This document shows, one piece after another, positions 20,101 to 28,568 of a stretch of DNA of 52,665 nucleotides; positions within the stretch are counted from its first letter, which is position 1, and every line of letters starts with the position of its first letter. This DNA is from a virus (Duplodnaviria; Caudoviricetes), in IMG/VR virus record IMGVR_UViG_3300032285_003819, positions 1-52,665 of that record. One strand, 5' to 3'. The position numbers and the translations under genes are program-made. The notes below the pieces were generated by a model. That model saw nothing but the letters and a program-made list of their open reading frames with translations, did no database searches and had not been told where the DNA came from.

Positions 20101-23100
20101 ATCCATTGTATTTAACGCATCTTTAAACTGTTTGTATTGGTTTTCGGTTAAATTATTTATATTATCAAAAAAAGCACTATATTCAGTAGCTAATCTTGAA
20201 AAATTAGCTTCATTAGCAGCTATATCAATAGCGTTTCTTGGGCCTGACTTTACAGTTTGATATCCTCTTTTGCCTAAATCTTGTATGCTTAATTGACCTA
20301 AAGCTTTTGATTGCGCTAATGATGATTTTTGAGCTTCTATTTTACCTCTTTTTTCTTCATAACTAGTCAAAGCTGTTGTCAATTTATTAACGTCATTTCC
20401 AGCGGCTTTGAAAGCGTCTTGTAATTTAACATCTTTAATATTTTTAAAATTTAATTCTAAAGATGTGGTAGCCTTCTTAATTACTTCTGGATCGGTAGAT
20501 GTGCCTAAAAGTTTTAAAGTATCGATATAACTTTGACCAGCAGAAATATTTTGCTGAGTAGTAGATTTATATTCTTCAGCAATTTTCGCAAACTCATCAG
20601 CACTTAAAGAAGCCGCGCCTAATGCTTGAGCTAAACCAACCGCTGCACCAGCGGCAGCACCTATTGCAGCTCCCCAAGGTCCAAAGCTTGCTCCAATGCT
20701 TGCCCCCGTAGACAAAGAAGTTAATCCTGAACTTAAAACAGATTGACCAACTCGTTCACCAGCAGTCATTTCTGTTCTTTCTTTTTTTCCATAAACAGCT
20801 TGCTCAATTAAACCGGCAGCTATTGGTCCAGCAAAAGCTAAAGTAGTTGCTGCTGAAGATAATTTTTGATTCAAAGCTTCTTTTTTTCTTTGAGCAACTT
20901 CTTCAATTAATTGTTTTTCTACTTGAGGAAGTATATTATTTAAAATTTTGTTATTACCAGTTAACTTTGAAAGTTCACTAGAATATTGAGATACTTTAGT
21001 TTTGTTTTTGATTAATTCATCAGCTAATTGCGACAAAGCTTTTTCTAGATTTTCTATCGATCTGTCCCAATTTTTTGGCGCATTAGGCAACAGACCTTTT
21101 ACATTAATTTTAGTATCAGCGAAGTTTGGAACAAATCCAGCACTCATTAATCCAGCAGCTTTCTGACCTCTCATTGAATCGCTCAATGCATTACTTAAAC
21201 CACCATGATCAGCAATTGCGGAACTAAATGTTGGCTGACTGCTATTTCTAATGTGTGGGAAAGGTTTAGTATCAAAGATAGCTTTATTGCCGCTCATACT
21301 TTCTTCTAAGCCCATTACTGCTTGTTTATAAGCAAAATTAGGAAGAAATCCTTTGGCGAAACCAGCGAAGCCACCTTTTCTTTCTGAATTTATAAATCTA
21401 TTTAATACTTTTGGATCATTTAGCTTTGATAAATCTGTTTTTGGACTTGATAAAAATCTTAGTTCGCCAGAACTTAAATTACGACCAATAGAAGATTCAA
21501 TATCTTTTATCAACTTCATTAAGTCGCCAGAATAATGAACTGAATTTTTAGTCAAAGTGTCTACATCTATAAAATCAGCAAAATTAGGAATAAAACCATT
21601 TGCAGAAGCCATCGCTAAGAATGCAGGATTTTTTACATAACTATTTAATAAGCTATTTGTTTCTGCGGATAATCCTTTTACAAGATCAGGACTACTTTTA
21701 GCCATTTGAGAATAGCTTGTTCCTGCAAGTTGAGAAAAAGTTTTTCCAAATGCGGAAGGCAATTGATTCTCATGTCCTAATTCATTAAATGTAATTATTG
21801 ATTCTTTTATTTTAGCTGCACCAGCAGGATTAGCTTTAGCAAATCTTTCATATTTGTCGTTTAAATTTCCAGAAATAGAACCAGTTAAATTTGCTTTTGG
21901 AAAACCTTTATATTCAAGAGCTATATCTCCTAAAAACGCATCAAATGCTGATTGTTTTTGATCTGTTCCAGGTTGTAATGCATAACCTCTAATTAACTGA
22001 TCTTTAATTTTTGATTGAGAAACCAATTGCATTGCTTTAAACACAAAATCCTCATACAATGGAGCGAAAATATTATTATCTCCAACCTTGTCTGCACCTT
22101 TAGCACTGCTTCTGAAATTAACTTGTCTAAAAGTATCTACGTCACTTGCTTTAGATATTCCCAAAGTAGGTTGAATAGCATCAAAAGCAGAATTGCCAAA
22201 TTTTTTAAACCAAGGAACTCTTATTGCACTTGTAGGAGGAGCGAAATTAGGTATAAAACCTTTTGAAAAAAAAGGCGATCCAGATGGACTTATTACATCA
22301 TAAGAACCAACATCAATAAAATCATTATTAGTATTACGATAAGATTGATTTGTTGTACTTAAATATTGCGAAATAGCTTTTTGAAAAATATCATTGATAG
22401 AAATTTTTTGTCTAGTTCTTACTTCAGCAAATCTTCCATCTTTTGCGGATAAATCAAAAAATTGATTACCTTTTGCACTTGTATATCCATCTTGTTTTAA
22501 TTCGTCATAAGCTTCAGCTTCCCCAAGCAAGCCTTGAACTTGATTGAGAGCATTACTAAACCCAGCTGTATTTTTAATATTTTTTAAAGCCGTTTCTGTT
22601 TTTGCTAAAGATGAAGGATCAACTTTATTTTTATATTGATCTATAAAAGATTGTAATTGATTTTTATCATTATAAATTTCACCAACTATTGTTCTTGCCA
22701 TATTTTTAAAAAAACCATATGGCAGATCAAATTGTTTTTTTACGATATTTGCAGCAAAAAGATCATCATATTTTGGACCAGTATTAGTTTTTGATGTAAC
22801 AAGATTAGTTTGTTTGGTTTTACTAGCCCATTCTCTACTTCTAACTGTACCTAATGTTTTTAATCCAAAATTAGGTATAAATCCACCATACATATATGGA
22901 TCAACACCTGTTCTATTTATAGCATTTTGTCTATGTGCGCGGCCAGCATCTGAATTTGCTGGAGGATTAATAAAAGGTTGAGCGAAACCGGGAATATATT
23001 TAACACTTTCAGCGGTATTCATTACTCCACCAACTGGAGAATTTACTACTTGACCGGGAGCGTAACCACCAGCTTGTGCGCCAACAACTTCTGCCATTCT

Positions 23101-24762
23101 TGTGGCATTTGGAATATAACCTCCTGCGCGATTTACTTGTAATCCACCAGATCCTTTTACTCTTACTCCTTGCCCAGCTAATTGAGCAGCTAGTTGTTTA
23201 GCAAGAGTTGACTGCATTTGATATTCTGCTGTCTGCTGTCTTGCTATTTGAAGTAATAATTGAGCTTGTGCAGCTTGATTACCCATCAATCCAGAAAGAG
23301 CTTGTGCCGCTGGCCCTTGTTGCTGCATTATTTGCAAAATAGATTGTTCAATATTTTTTCTATTTTGTGTTTCGGTGGTGATACCAGCAATCTGAGGTAA
23401 AGCCTGACTAAGATAAGTAAAAGAATTTTGTATTAACTTGAAAAGAGTAAAGAAAGCAGCAATGGCACCTGGACCAGCTATTACATTACGGATGCCTTTC
23501 AATAAGCCATTTGCAAAAGTAGAACCGGCACCTTCTCCTTCAAGAACTTCATTTATGTTTTCAACGAATGATTTCAACTGCTGTGCGCCATATTTCGCTA
23601 ATGGCTCAAATGTTACTTTACCAATATTATTTGCTAGTTGTTGAGTTGAAGTGGCAGTTTGTTTTAATAATGCATCAAGAGTTAGATTCAATTTAGCAGT
23701 TGCGACTTCAGCTTCATTTGTTGCAGACGCGCCTCTCTGTAAAGCTCCTGCATAAACTCCTTGAGATTTATTTAAATCTCCAACAATTGCTTTTAATATG
23801 TTGACTTGATAAACACCGGCAACTTGTTCTGATAATTGCGCTCTTTGAGCATCAGCCAAACCTTTATAAGCTCCAGCAAAATTTTGTAATATTTGTACAG
23901 CAGGTAATGTATTTCCTTCTACATCTCTAACCGCTATATTAAAAGCTTCTAGTTGATCAAGAGTATCATTACGTTGCAAACGGGTAAAAATTGTTTTCAA
24001 TGCGTTACCAATTACTGCGCCACCTCTTGCAGTGCTTTGTTGAGCAGCAGTAACTAATGCATTTAATTGATCAAGACTAACACCCGCTTCCTGAGCAGCC
24101 TGTCCTGTACGAGATAGAGCTTCAGCCAAATCACCAGCCCCTACTGCATAATCTTGTTCAACTGCCACCAACTTATTTAATATTTGAGTTGTAGTTATTC
24201 CAGTTGAAGCGAAACCGTTTACAGTTGAAGTCAATGCATCAACAGCATTTGCAGTTCCAATTCCAGCCAATCTTGTTAAAGTCAACGCATCTTTAGTTCT
24301 TACCAAAACATCTTCAGCTTTTAAACCTTGGCGAGAAAATTCAAGAGCCGCTTTAGAAGCGTCATCAAATGTAGAAGCGGTTTGTTTACTGACACTAAAT
24401 AAATCTGTACTAAATTTCTGTAATTGATTGGTTGTTAGTCCGAATACACGATTAATATCTGCCAAACTTTTTTCTACTTCAATTGTAACATTAGCTAATT
24501 CTTTGAAACTACGGATAACACCACCTAGAACAGCAGTAGAAGCTCCGAATGCAATAACGCGAGCATTGGAAGCTGCGAGTGCGGCTTCGAAGTCTTTAAC
24601 GTCACCCGTCATTCTTCCAAGAGGTTGGGAGAAAGCGCGTTGATTAACGCTTAAATTAATCTGATTGTTCTGTGCAAACTTTTGATTATATGCTTGAACA
24701 CCAGCTTGAATAGAAGCGGTTAATGCTGCTTGATTGGCGGCGACATTAATTTGAACTGCCAT
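17170..24762 (-). CDS. Tape measure protein (2530 aa) with inserted cassettes
   Basis: N-terminal TP901-type TMP core (EFSRQG...ALTLTRL...DLAEALSRTG...GNALKTIFTRL); Ala/Gln-rich helical regions; hydrophobic GASFGPWGAAIGAAAG; C-terminal GTGDKYPALLENGEYVLN; followed by tail-tip genes. Confidence 0.93.
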   Translation of the reverse strand: MAVQINVAANQAALTASIQAGVQAYNQKFAQNNQINLSVNQRAFSQPLGRMTGDVKDFEAALAASNARVIAFGASTAVLGGVIRSFKELANVTIEVEKSLADINRVFGLTTNQLQKFSTDLFSVSKQTASTFDDASKAALEFSRQGLKAEDVLVRTKDALTLTRLAGIGTANAVDALTSTVNGFASTGITTTQILNKLVAVEQDYAVGAGDLAEALSRTGQAAQEAGVSLDQLNALVTAAQQSTARGGAVIGNALKTIFTRLQRNDTLDQLEAFNIAVRDVEGNTLPAVQILQNFAGAYKGLADAQRAQLSEQVAGVYQVNILKAIVGDLNKSQGVYAGALQRGASATNEAEVATAKLNLTLDALLKQTATSTQQLANNIGKVTFEPLAKYGAQQLKSFVENINEVLEGEGAGSTFANGLLKGIRNVIAGPGAIAAFFTLFKLIQNSFTYLSQALPQIAGITTETQNRKNIEQSILQIMQQQGPAAQALSGLMGNQAAQAQLLLQIARQQTAEYQMQSTLAKQLAAQLAGQGVRVKGSGGLQVNRAGGYIPNATRMAEVVGAQAGGYAPGQVVNSPVGGVMNTAESVKYIPGFAQPFINPPANSDAGRAHRQNAINRTGVDPYMYGGFIPNFGLKTLGTVRSREWASKTKQTNLVTSKTNTGPKYDDLFAANIVKKQFDLPYGFFKNMARTIVGEIYNDKNQLQSFIDQYKNKVDPSSLAKTETALKNIKNTAGFSNALNQVQGLLGEAEAYDELKQDGYTSAKGNQFFDLSAKDGRFAEVRTRQKISINDIFQKAISQYLSTTNQSYRNTNNDFIDVGSYDVISPSGSPFFSKGFIPNFAPPTSAIRVPWFKKFGNSAFDAIQPTLGISKASDVDTFRQVNFRSSAKGADKVGDNNIFAPLYEDFVFKAMQLVSQSKIKDQLIRGYALQPGTDQKQSAFDAFLGDIALEYKGFPKANLTGSISGNLNDKYERFAKANPAGAAKIKESIITFNELGHENQLPSAFGKTFSQLAGTSYSQMAKSSPDLVKGLSAETNSLLNSYVKNPAFLAMASANGFIPNFADFIDVDTLTKNSVHYSGDLMKLIKDIESSIGRNLSSGELRFLSSPKTDLSKLNDPKVLNRFINSERKGGFAGFAKGFLPNFAYKQAVMGLEESMSGNKAIFDTKPFPHIRNSSQPTFSSAIADHGGLSNALSDSMRGQKAAGLMSAGFVPNFADTKINVKGLLPNAPKNWDRSIENLEKALSQLADELIKNKTKVSQYSSELSKLTGNNKILNNILPQVEKQLIEEVAQRKKEALNQKLSSAATTLAFAGPIAAGLIEQAVYGKKERTEMTAGERVGQSVLSSGLTSLSTGASIGASFGPWGAAIGAAAGAAVGLAQALGAASLSADEFAKIAEEYKSTTQQNISAGQSYIDTLKLLGTSTDPEVIKKATTSLELNFKNIKDVKLQDAFKAAGNDVNKLTTALTSYEEKRGKIEAQKSSLAQSKALGQLSIQDLGKRGYQTVKSGPRNAIDIAANEANFSRLATEYSAFFDNINNLTENQYKQFKDALNTMDYAGNVDEDNLRKVLMTFSQLDTESVDYLVAIGENLTELGSSAGRVLRTNLDKTREAYRKNLEQGKGVLSDEQKTVLSNFAQFRRTLLDTVSDDLDNAVQALKSFESKTSFAQLVPAKLKEINDLVFNAVVNNLDSVRGFSFKQSQARTAARFQTEEFNRLTGRTITEQGLKTAQTSATFKNQATQAILGSKLIPGMSSQKAISDFLSTGTSLDKEGIKKFATSIIGKNEDEINALSSKLEGVLTQFKDATRETESQTKYKLQELAYNQVINKISEATILKQIDLEKEKLSITLGQKNAANGLRDAVEKAKISANERLELTKIQTGGEFRYLGLNKRQEFESKQVDLKSIFDQEQVIAENQAIADARRSIIEIAAQNANTEAQNKNTEALFDSIDSSATNFENLGNILSNLPFSGMKEVGSGFVTGAQEAKAKNKINRDQFQKSRESVKLAEISNFGVSDDATINDAINKLKTKRDAALTEETKASIQETITTLEIASKQIGSNATLFEAKAAQMRNDFEQSAGFVNNMAIGFQSLNNQADVMVDQLGRNLPSMFADGLVDGVKAAIKESHNLGDALMGIASKFLDEISTTFMRAGMYKILGSAGFGEMLMKQEGGIIRAQSGMYISGTGTGDKYPALLENGEYVLNRRAVAAMGGPSVLDSLNFSMAPRFAAGGSYNVDLSQGSYDYSLKQKRILQSNAVNLGNMEANMTSEGLENSPLYKDILEAQRQNQQEQLQKKIQRRQQRAAMIGQLAAAAATIAIGAGLSNVMKNAQAAKAKAFTEKINSQGGIRTEAEYLQQKQFVKQGLMTADTPLNAANYLGGTPQTGFKSLFSAPTYGQTWYQKAGSFVSSPFRRQTGGIIGSRLSDTIPGYMEGGLYNTPIVNRYGAGMQNGGSSMMAAGNSSSITNNNTNANNSFNFNTTVERDGTIKMGSNTTSYEQQDVELSKNLNQRVYAVVSEVIRKEKQFGGSLAGVRS
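21121..23121 (-). repeat. Six G[FY][ILV]PN[FA] peptide repeats within the TMP
   Basis: GYIPNA 23104-23121; GFIPNF 22867-22884, 22243-22260 and 21580-21597; GFLPNF 21334-21351; GFVPNF 21121-21138. Confidence 0.92.
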
Positions 24763-24771
24763 ATCTTGTAT

Positions 24772-24777
24772 TTACAC
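24772..24777 (-). promoter_or_regulatory. GTGTAA late-promoter-like box
   Basis: 9 nt before the TMP ATG at 24762. Confidence 0.65.
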
Positions 24778-24790
24778 GTTAAATTATTAA

Positions 24791-25786
24791 TTATCCGAAT
24801 ATTTTCATCATGTCATCCATACTCAAAGATCCGCCTTTCTTCTTAGCTTCATCAGCTAAAGAAAGAGTTTTTTGACCTTTAGCTTTCAATCCGACGTATT
24901 CAAGATCTTCGGCAGTTGCGCCAACTATTGAAGTAGCTTGATTTTCTTTATTGTTTTTTTCTTCTATTGTCTTTTTAGCATTTTCATTAGCATTTACATA
25001 ATCTATAATCTTGTCAGGATCATTTTTGATGTCTTGAGGCATTTTATCATTTTGCTGAAAAACATTTTTAAAAAATCTAGCGTAAATAAGTAATTTTATC
25101 TGATTATAAGTAAGCTCGCAAACTGACTTACCAAAAAATTCAGTAGGATTTTCAGCGAATGGCATGTACAAATTAAAAAAATCTTGCAAAACTAAATACT
25201 GAATCGTGTTGTCATTTATATTTTTATATACTTCTGAGTATTGTTTTATTATGCAAGTTAGTGTTTCTGAATCTATATTATCAAACTCATCTTCTTCAAA
25301 AGCTGGTTTTAATAAAACTTTATCTTTATAAAGACATTTTAAAATATAAAAATCGTTAACTCTTTCTTCAGCATAACTTTCTGCTGTTCTATTAAAAAAA
25401 GAAGCTTTTGTGTTTTTAATGTCATACAATCGTTTTTGCGCTGATTCTATATCAGCGTTTACTCTTTGTATTTCAGATTTTAAATATAATACTTTTTTTT
25501 GTTTATTAAGATTATCAATAAAATCTTCTTCTTGTTTTATTAATGATTCTTGTCGAGTAGACCATTGTTTTTCTTCAATAAGTCGTTTTAAAGTTTCATC
25601 ATTAGTTGGAACACCGCGACTCTTAGCTTCATTAAAATAATGATCGTAGATCTGATCGATATCGACCTGATCTTCCAAAGACAAATGCTTTAAATAAAAA
25701 AGATTCTCTAAAACCTTGATTTCAGAGAATCCGTTTTTAATATCCCGAAAAGCTTTTTTGTACTTATTCTGTTGGGATTGTTCCAT
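24791..25786 (-). CDS. Putative tail assembly chaperone (pre-TMP protein)
   Basis: Directly upstream of the TMP; charged and helical; GGAG upstream of the ATG. Function inferred from position only. Confidence 0.45.
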   Translation of the reverse strand: MEQSQQNKYKKAFRDIKNGFSEIKVLENLFYLKHLSLEDQVDIDQIYDHYFNEAKSRGVPTNDETLKRLIEEKQWSTRQESLIKQEEDFIDNLNKQKKVLYLKSEIQRVNADIESAQKRLYDIKNTKASFFNRTAESYAEERVNDFYILKCLYKDKVLLKPAFEEDEFDNIDSETLTCIIKQYSEVYKNINDNTIQYLVLQDFFNLYMPFAENPTEFFGKSVCELTYNQIKLLIYARFFKNVFQQNDKMPQDIKNDPDKIIDYVNANENAKKTIEEKNNKENQATSIVGATAEDLEYVGLKAKGQKTLSLADEAKKKGGSLSMDDMMKIFG

Positions 25787-26543
25787 CTATTTCTCCAATA
25801 ATTCTGTCGAACTCTTCCTTTTCAGTATTGCTTGTAAAAAACCAATAACTAATTATACTAGCCAACTTACTATAACACTTTTCATAAATTTCATTTTTGT
25901 TTTCTTCGTAATCAAACATTACAGTCTCCTTAGCTTCGAAAGTCTTACCGGGAAATAGCCATTCATATTCAGCATTCTTTTTACTATTATCCTTAAATTG
26001 AGTAAGATTTAGTACATACCAAAGAATTGCTCTATTTTGAGCCTTGATATCTGCTGTATGATTAAACAAAGTCATATAGCTAGTTTCCTTTTCAATCAAA
26101 GTTTTACGACGTTGAAGAATCTCAGAAGTTACAGTTTCTATCTTCTTCTTATAATCTTCATCTCGCTCTGATTCTGGTTTTAGATTTAAAATTGTTAGTC
26201 TGCTCTGGAGATCTCCAATTTCTCCAGCGGCAGAAACCATAATCTTTGCATCACTATCGCTAATCAAACCGCCAGTATCACTATATTTATTTAACAACAT
26301 CGCCTTTGTTAAAATACCGCTTCTGATGCATCTACTCATTTCAATACTGAATTCCATATCAGCATCTTGCATTTGCTTTCTATTTGGCTGAAGAATATTA
26401 ATCTCTACTGGAATTTGCTTCTTTACTTTTTCCTTATAAGTGCGCATTACTTGTTCACCTTGTTCATTAGTTACCGTCTCCGTCTTATCTTCTTCTACCT
26501 CGGCGCTTTTATAAATATTGAAACTATAAAGAGTCTTTGACAT
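25764..26543 (-). CDS. Putative tail assembly chaperone
   Basis: Second gene upstream of the TMP; coiled-coil. Start set at MSKTLYS (26543) rather than 26582. Confidence 0.45.
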   Translation of the reverse strand: MSKTLYSFNIYKSAEVEEDKTETVTNEQGEQVMRTYKEKVKKQIPVEINILQPNRKQMQDADMEFSIEMSRCIRSGILTKAMLLNKYSDTGGLISDSDAKIMVSAAGEIGDLQSRLTILNLKPESERDEDYKKKIETVTSEILQRRKTLIEKETSYMTLFNHTADIKAQNRAILWYVLNLTQFKDNSKKNAEYEWLFPGKTFEAKETVMFDYEENKNEIYEKCYSKLASIISYWFFTSNTEKEEFDRIIGEIDGTIPTE

Positions 26544-26585
26544 AATTTTTAATATAATAAGATAAATTCTATTATTTTTCAACCA

Positions 26586-26591
26586 GTGTAA
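26586..26591 (+). promoter_or_regulatory. GTGTAA late-promoter-like box
   Basis: 8 nt before ATG 26600, at a divergent junction where a promoter is needed. Confidence 0.7.
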
Positions 26592-26599
26592 TCATAAAT

Positions 26600-27055
26600 A
26601 TGGGTACAAGTTTATTATCAACAAGCGAAAAGGAGCAGCTAAATGCTGCTTTTGATGATATACATGAAACGTTTGCTCGCGAAATTACTGTTTATAAAGA
26701 AGCGTCTCAAATAGTTATCATCACAGATCCTAATTTTAATCCATTATATAATACTGCTGGTCAAACTACCTCATATGTAAATACACCAATTTATAGAACA
26801 TTTAAAGCAAGAATATTCTATAACGATGATTTTACAAAAGATTATTGGACAGAATCTAAAGTTGAAGGTCAATTTAAAATGCAAACAGTTACTGGTTCTG
26901 TTAGAATTAAATTACGCGCAATTGATTATGATTTTATCAAAGAGGGTATTCGTTTTGATATCGATGGAAAACGATTTGTATTAATATCTTCTTTGAGACC
27001 ACATGGATTAATAGGAGTTCAATATTACACTATTTACCTCAAGCCAGATCCCTAA
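26600..27055 (+). CDS. Putative head-closure (stopper) neck protein
   Basis: 151 aa, beta-rich (RFDIDGKRFVL...YTIYLK); first gene of the neck/tube block. Confidence 0.55.
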   Translation: MGTSLLSTSEKEQLNAAFDDIHETFAREITVYKEASQIVIITDPNFNPLYNTAGQTTSYVNTPIYRTFKARIFYNDDFTKDYWTESKVEGQFKMQTVTGSVRIKLRAIDYDFIKEGIRFDIDGKRFVLISSLRPHGLIGVQYYTIYLKPDP

Positions 27056-27058
27056 GAT

Positions 27059-27646
27059 ATGAACGCTGACTGGATAAAAATGCTCCAAGATTTGCAAAAA
27101 GATAAAGATTATCAAAAAGCTTTAAAAAGCACAATAGATAAAGAATTTGAAAAAATAAAAAATAAATATCTTTTAGAGTTCGATAATCATCCTATTACTC
27201 AAGAAATAATAGCTGGAATGCAAGATATAAATGCCCCTAATAGTTCTGGAACTTTAGGAGGAATTACTAATTTGTATTCATTTATTGGTTTCGATAAAGG
27301 AACTGACCCCATATCTCCAATAAGAATTTTGTTAGAACAGTCTAGTTATAAAATATTGAATTCAACTTTTGGTGCTGAATCAGTTGTTATTTTTAATACG
27401 CCAACTCCCAAAGATATATTCGATGTTACTCCTATGCCTTGGGCTAGTGGAAGAAGTTGGGCTAGAGGCATAGAAACTGGAATTTCAGGTTTAGGCTATT
27501 ATATTAAAAAATTAAGAAACAGCAGATCAGGACTAGGAGTTCAATCTCAAAAACCAGTAAGATCTGGCGCAAGATTTCAAAATACTAAATATATCTCAGA
27601 TTTAATAAATAGATTTAATAACGATCTAAAAAATTTAGAAAAATAA
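27059..27646 (+). CDS. Putative neck/tail-completion protein
   Basis: Lies between the putative stopper and terminator; basic C-terminus (SWARGIETG...SRSG). Confidence 0.45.
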   Translation: MNADWIKMLQDLQKDKDYQKALKSTIDKEFEKIKNKYLLEFDNHPITQEIIAGMQDINAPNSSGTLGGITNLYSFIGFDKGTDPISPIRILLEQSSYKILNSTFGAESVVIFNTPTPKDIFDVTPMPWASGRSWARGIETGISGLGYYIKKLRNSRSGLGVQSQKPVRSGARFQNTKYISDLINRFNNDLKNLEK

Positions 27647-27647
27647 C

Positions 27648-28508
27648 ATGAAACCATCATTTTCCCATAATGTACTTAATAGTTTTTGTTTGTGGCATGA
27701 TAACTTCGTAATGACAAAAGGCGAAGCATACAAAACTTATACAACAAAATTTTATAACCAAATAGACACAAGAGTTGGTGGTGATAAAGTTATATACGCA
27801 TCGCCATATAAACAATGGGTATACGATAAAAGCATAACTGGCGCAACTATTCCAAGCGGATTAACAATTGATGGATCTTTCTTACCAACTGGCACAAGTG
27901 GTATGAAATTAGATTTTGATAATGGAAGAGTTATTTTTAACAGTGGGGTTTCTAAAAATTTAAATATATCAGGAACGTATTCTGTAAAAGAAATAAATAA
28001 TTATGTTAGCAGCGAACCTGAAGACACGATCATTATTGAAAATAAATACATAAGTAATAGTCGTTTTACAACTATAGAAACTGGAATTGCTCCATATCTA
28101 CCAGTCACTCCTTGTACTTTTTCAATTATAGAATCCACTCAAAATGATCCTTTTTCATTTGGTGGAGAAGACGTTACCACTAATCATTTAAAAATAGTTG
28201 CTATTTGTGAAAATTTATATCAACTAGATGGTTTATTAAGTATTTTTGCTGATTCATTTAATGAAATTTTTAGTATCATACCGATGACAAAACATCCTAT
28301 TGATGAGTTTGGCGGTATTAAAACAGGACTATATCCTACAGGTTACAACTATTTAGATTTAAAAAATCAATATAAAGACACAACTCTATTTATTTCTGAC
28401 GTTCAAACTTCAAAATTAAAAGACGATGTAGTCAAAGAATTAAATCCTATTTTATATTTCGGATTCATAGATTTCGAAATAAAGGCTTTCAGATATCCTA
28501 GATTATAA
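27648..28508 (+). CDS. Putative tail terminator protein
   Basis: Immediately upstream of the major tail protein; PFSFGG...KIVAICENLYQLDGL...FIDFEI pattern. Confidence 0.5.
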   Translation: MKPSFSHNVLNSFCLWHDNFVMTKGEAYKTYTTKFYNQIDTRVGGDKVIYASPYKQWVYDKSITGATIPSGLTIDGSFLPTGTSGMKLDFDNGRVIFNSGVSKNLNISGTYSVKEINNYVSSEPEDTIIIENKYISNSRFTTIETGIAPYLPVTPCTFSIIESTQNDPFSFGGEDVTTNHLKIVAICENLYQLDGLLSIFADSFNEIFSIIPMTKHPIDEFGGIKTGLYPTGYNYLDLKNQYKDTTLFISDVQTSKLKDDVVKELNPILYFGFIDFEIKAFRYPRL

Positions 28509-28511
28509 AAA

Positions 28512-28539
28512 TTTCACAAGATATCTTATATACTGTAAA
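28512..28539 (+). promoter_or_regulatory. Bipartite late promoter TTTCACAAGA-N10-ACTGTAAA
   Basis: Upstream of the tail tube gene; both boxes and their spacing are identical to 33989-34016. Confidence 0.75.
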
Positions 28540-28568
28540 AACTAATAACATTTTAAACAAATAAAAAT

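Noticed and set aside
25764-25860. Programmed -1 frameshift between the two pre-TMP chaperones (lambda G/GT style)
   Set aside because: The frame relation is +1/-2; a TAG lies immediately before ATG 25786 in the second frame; the 23-nt overlap has no slippery heptamer; a GGAG precedes the second ATG.
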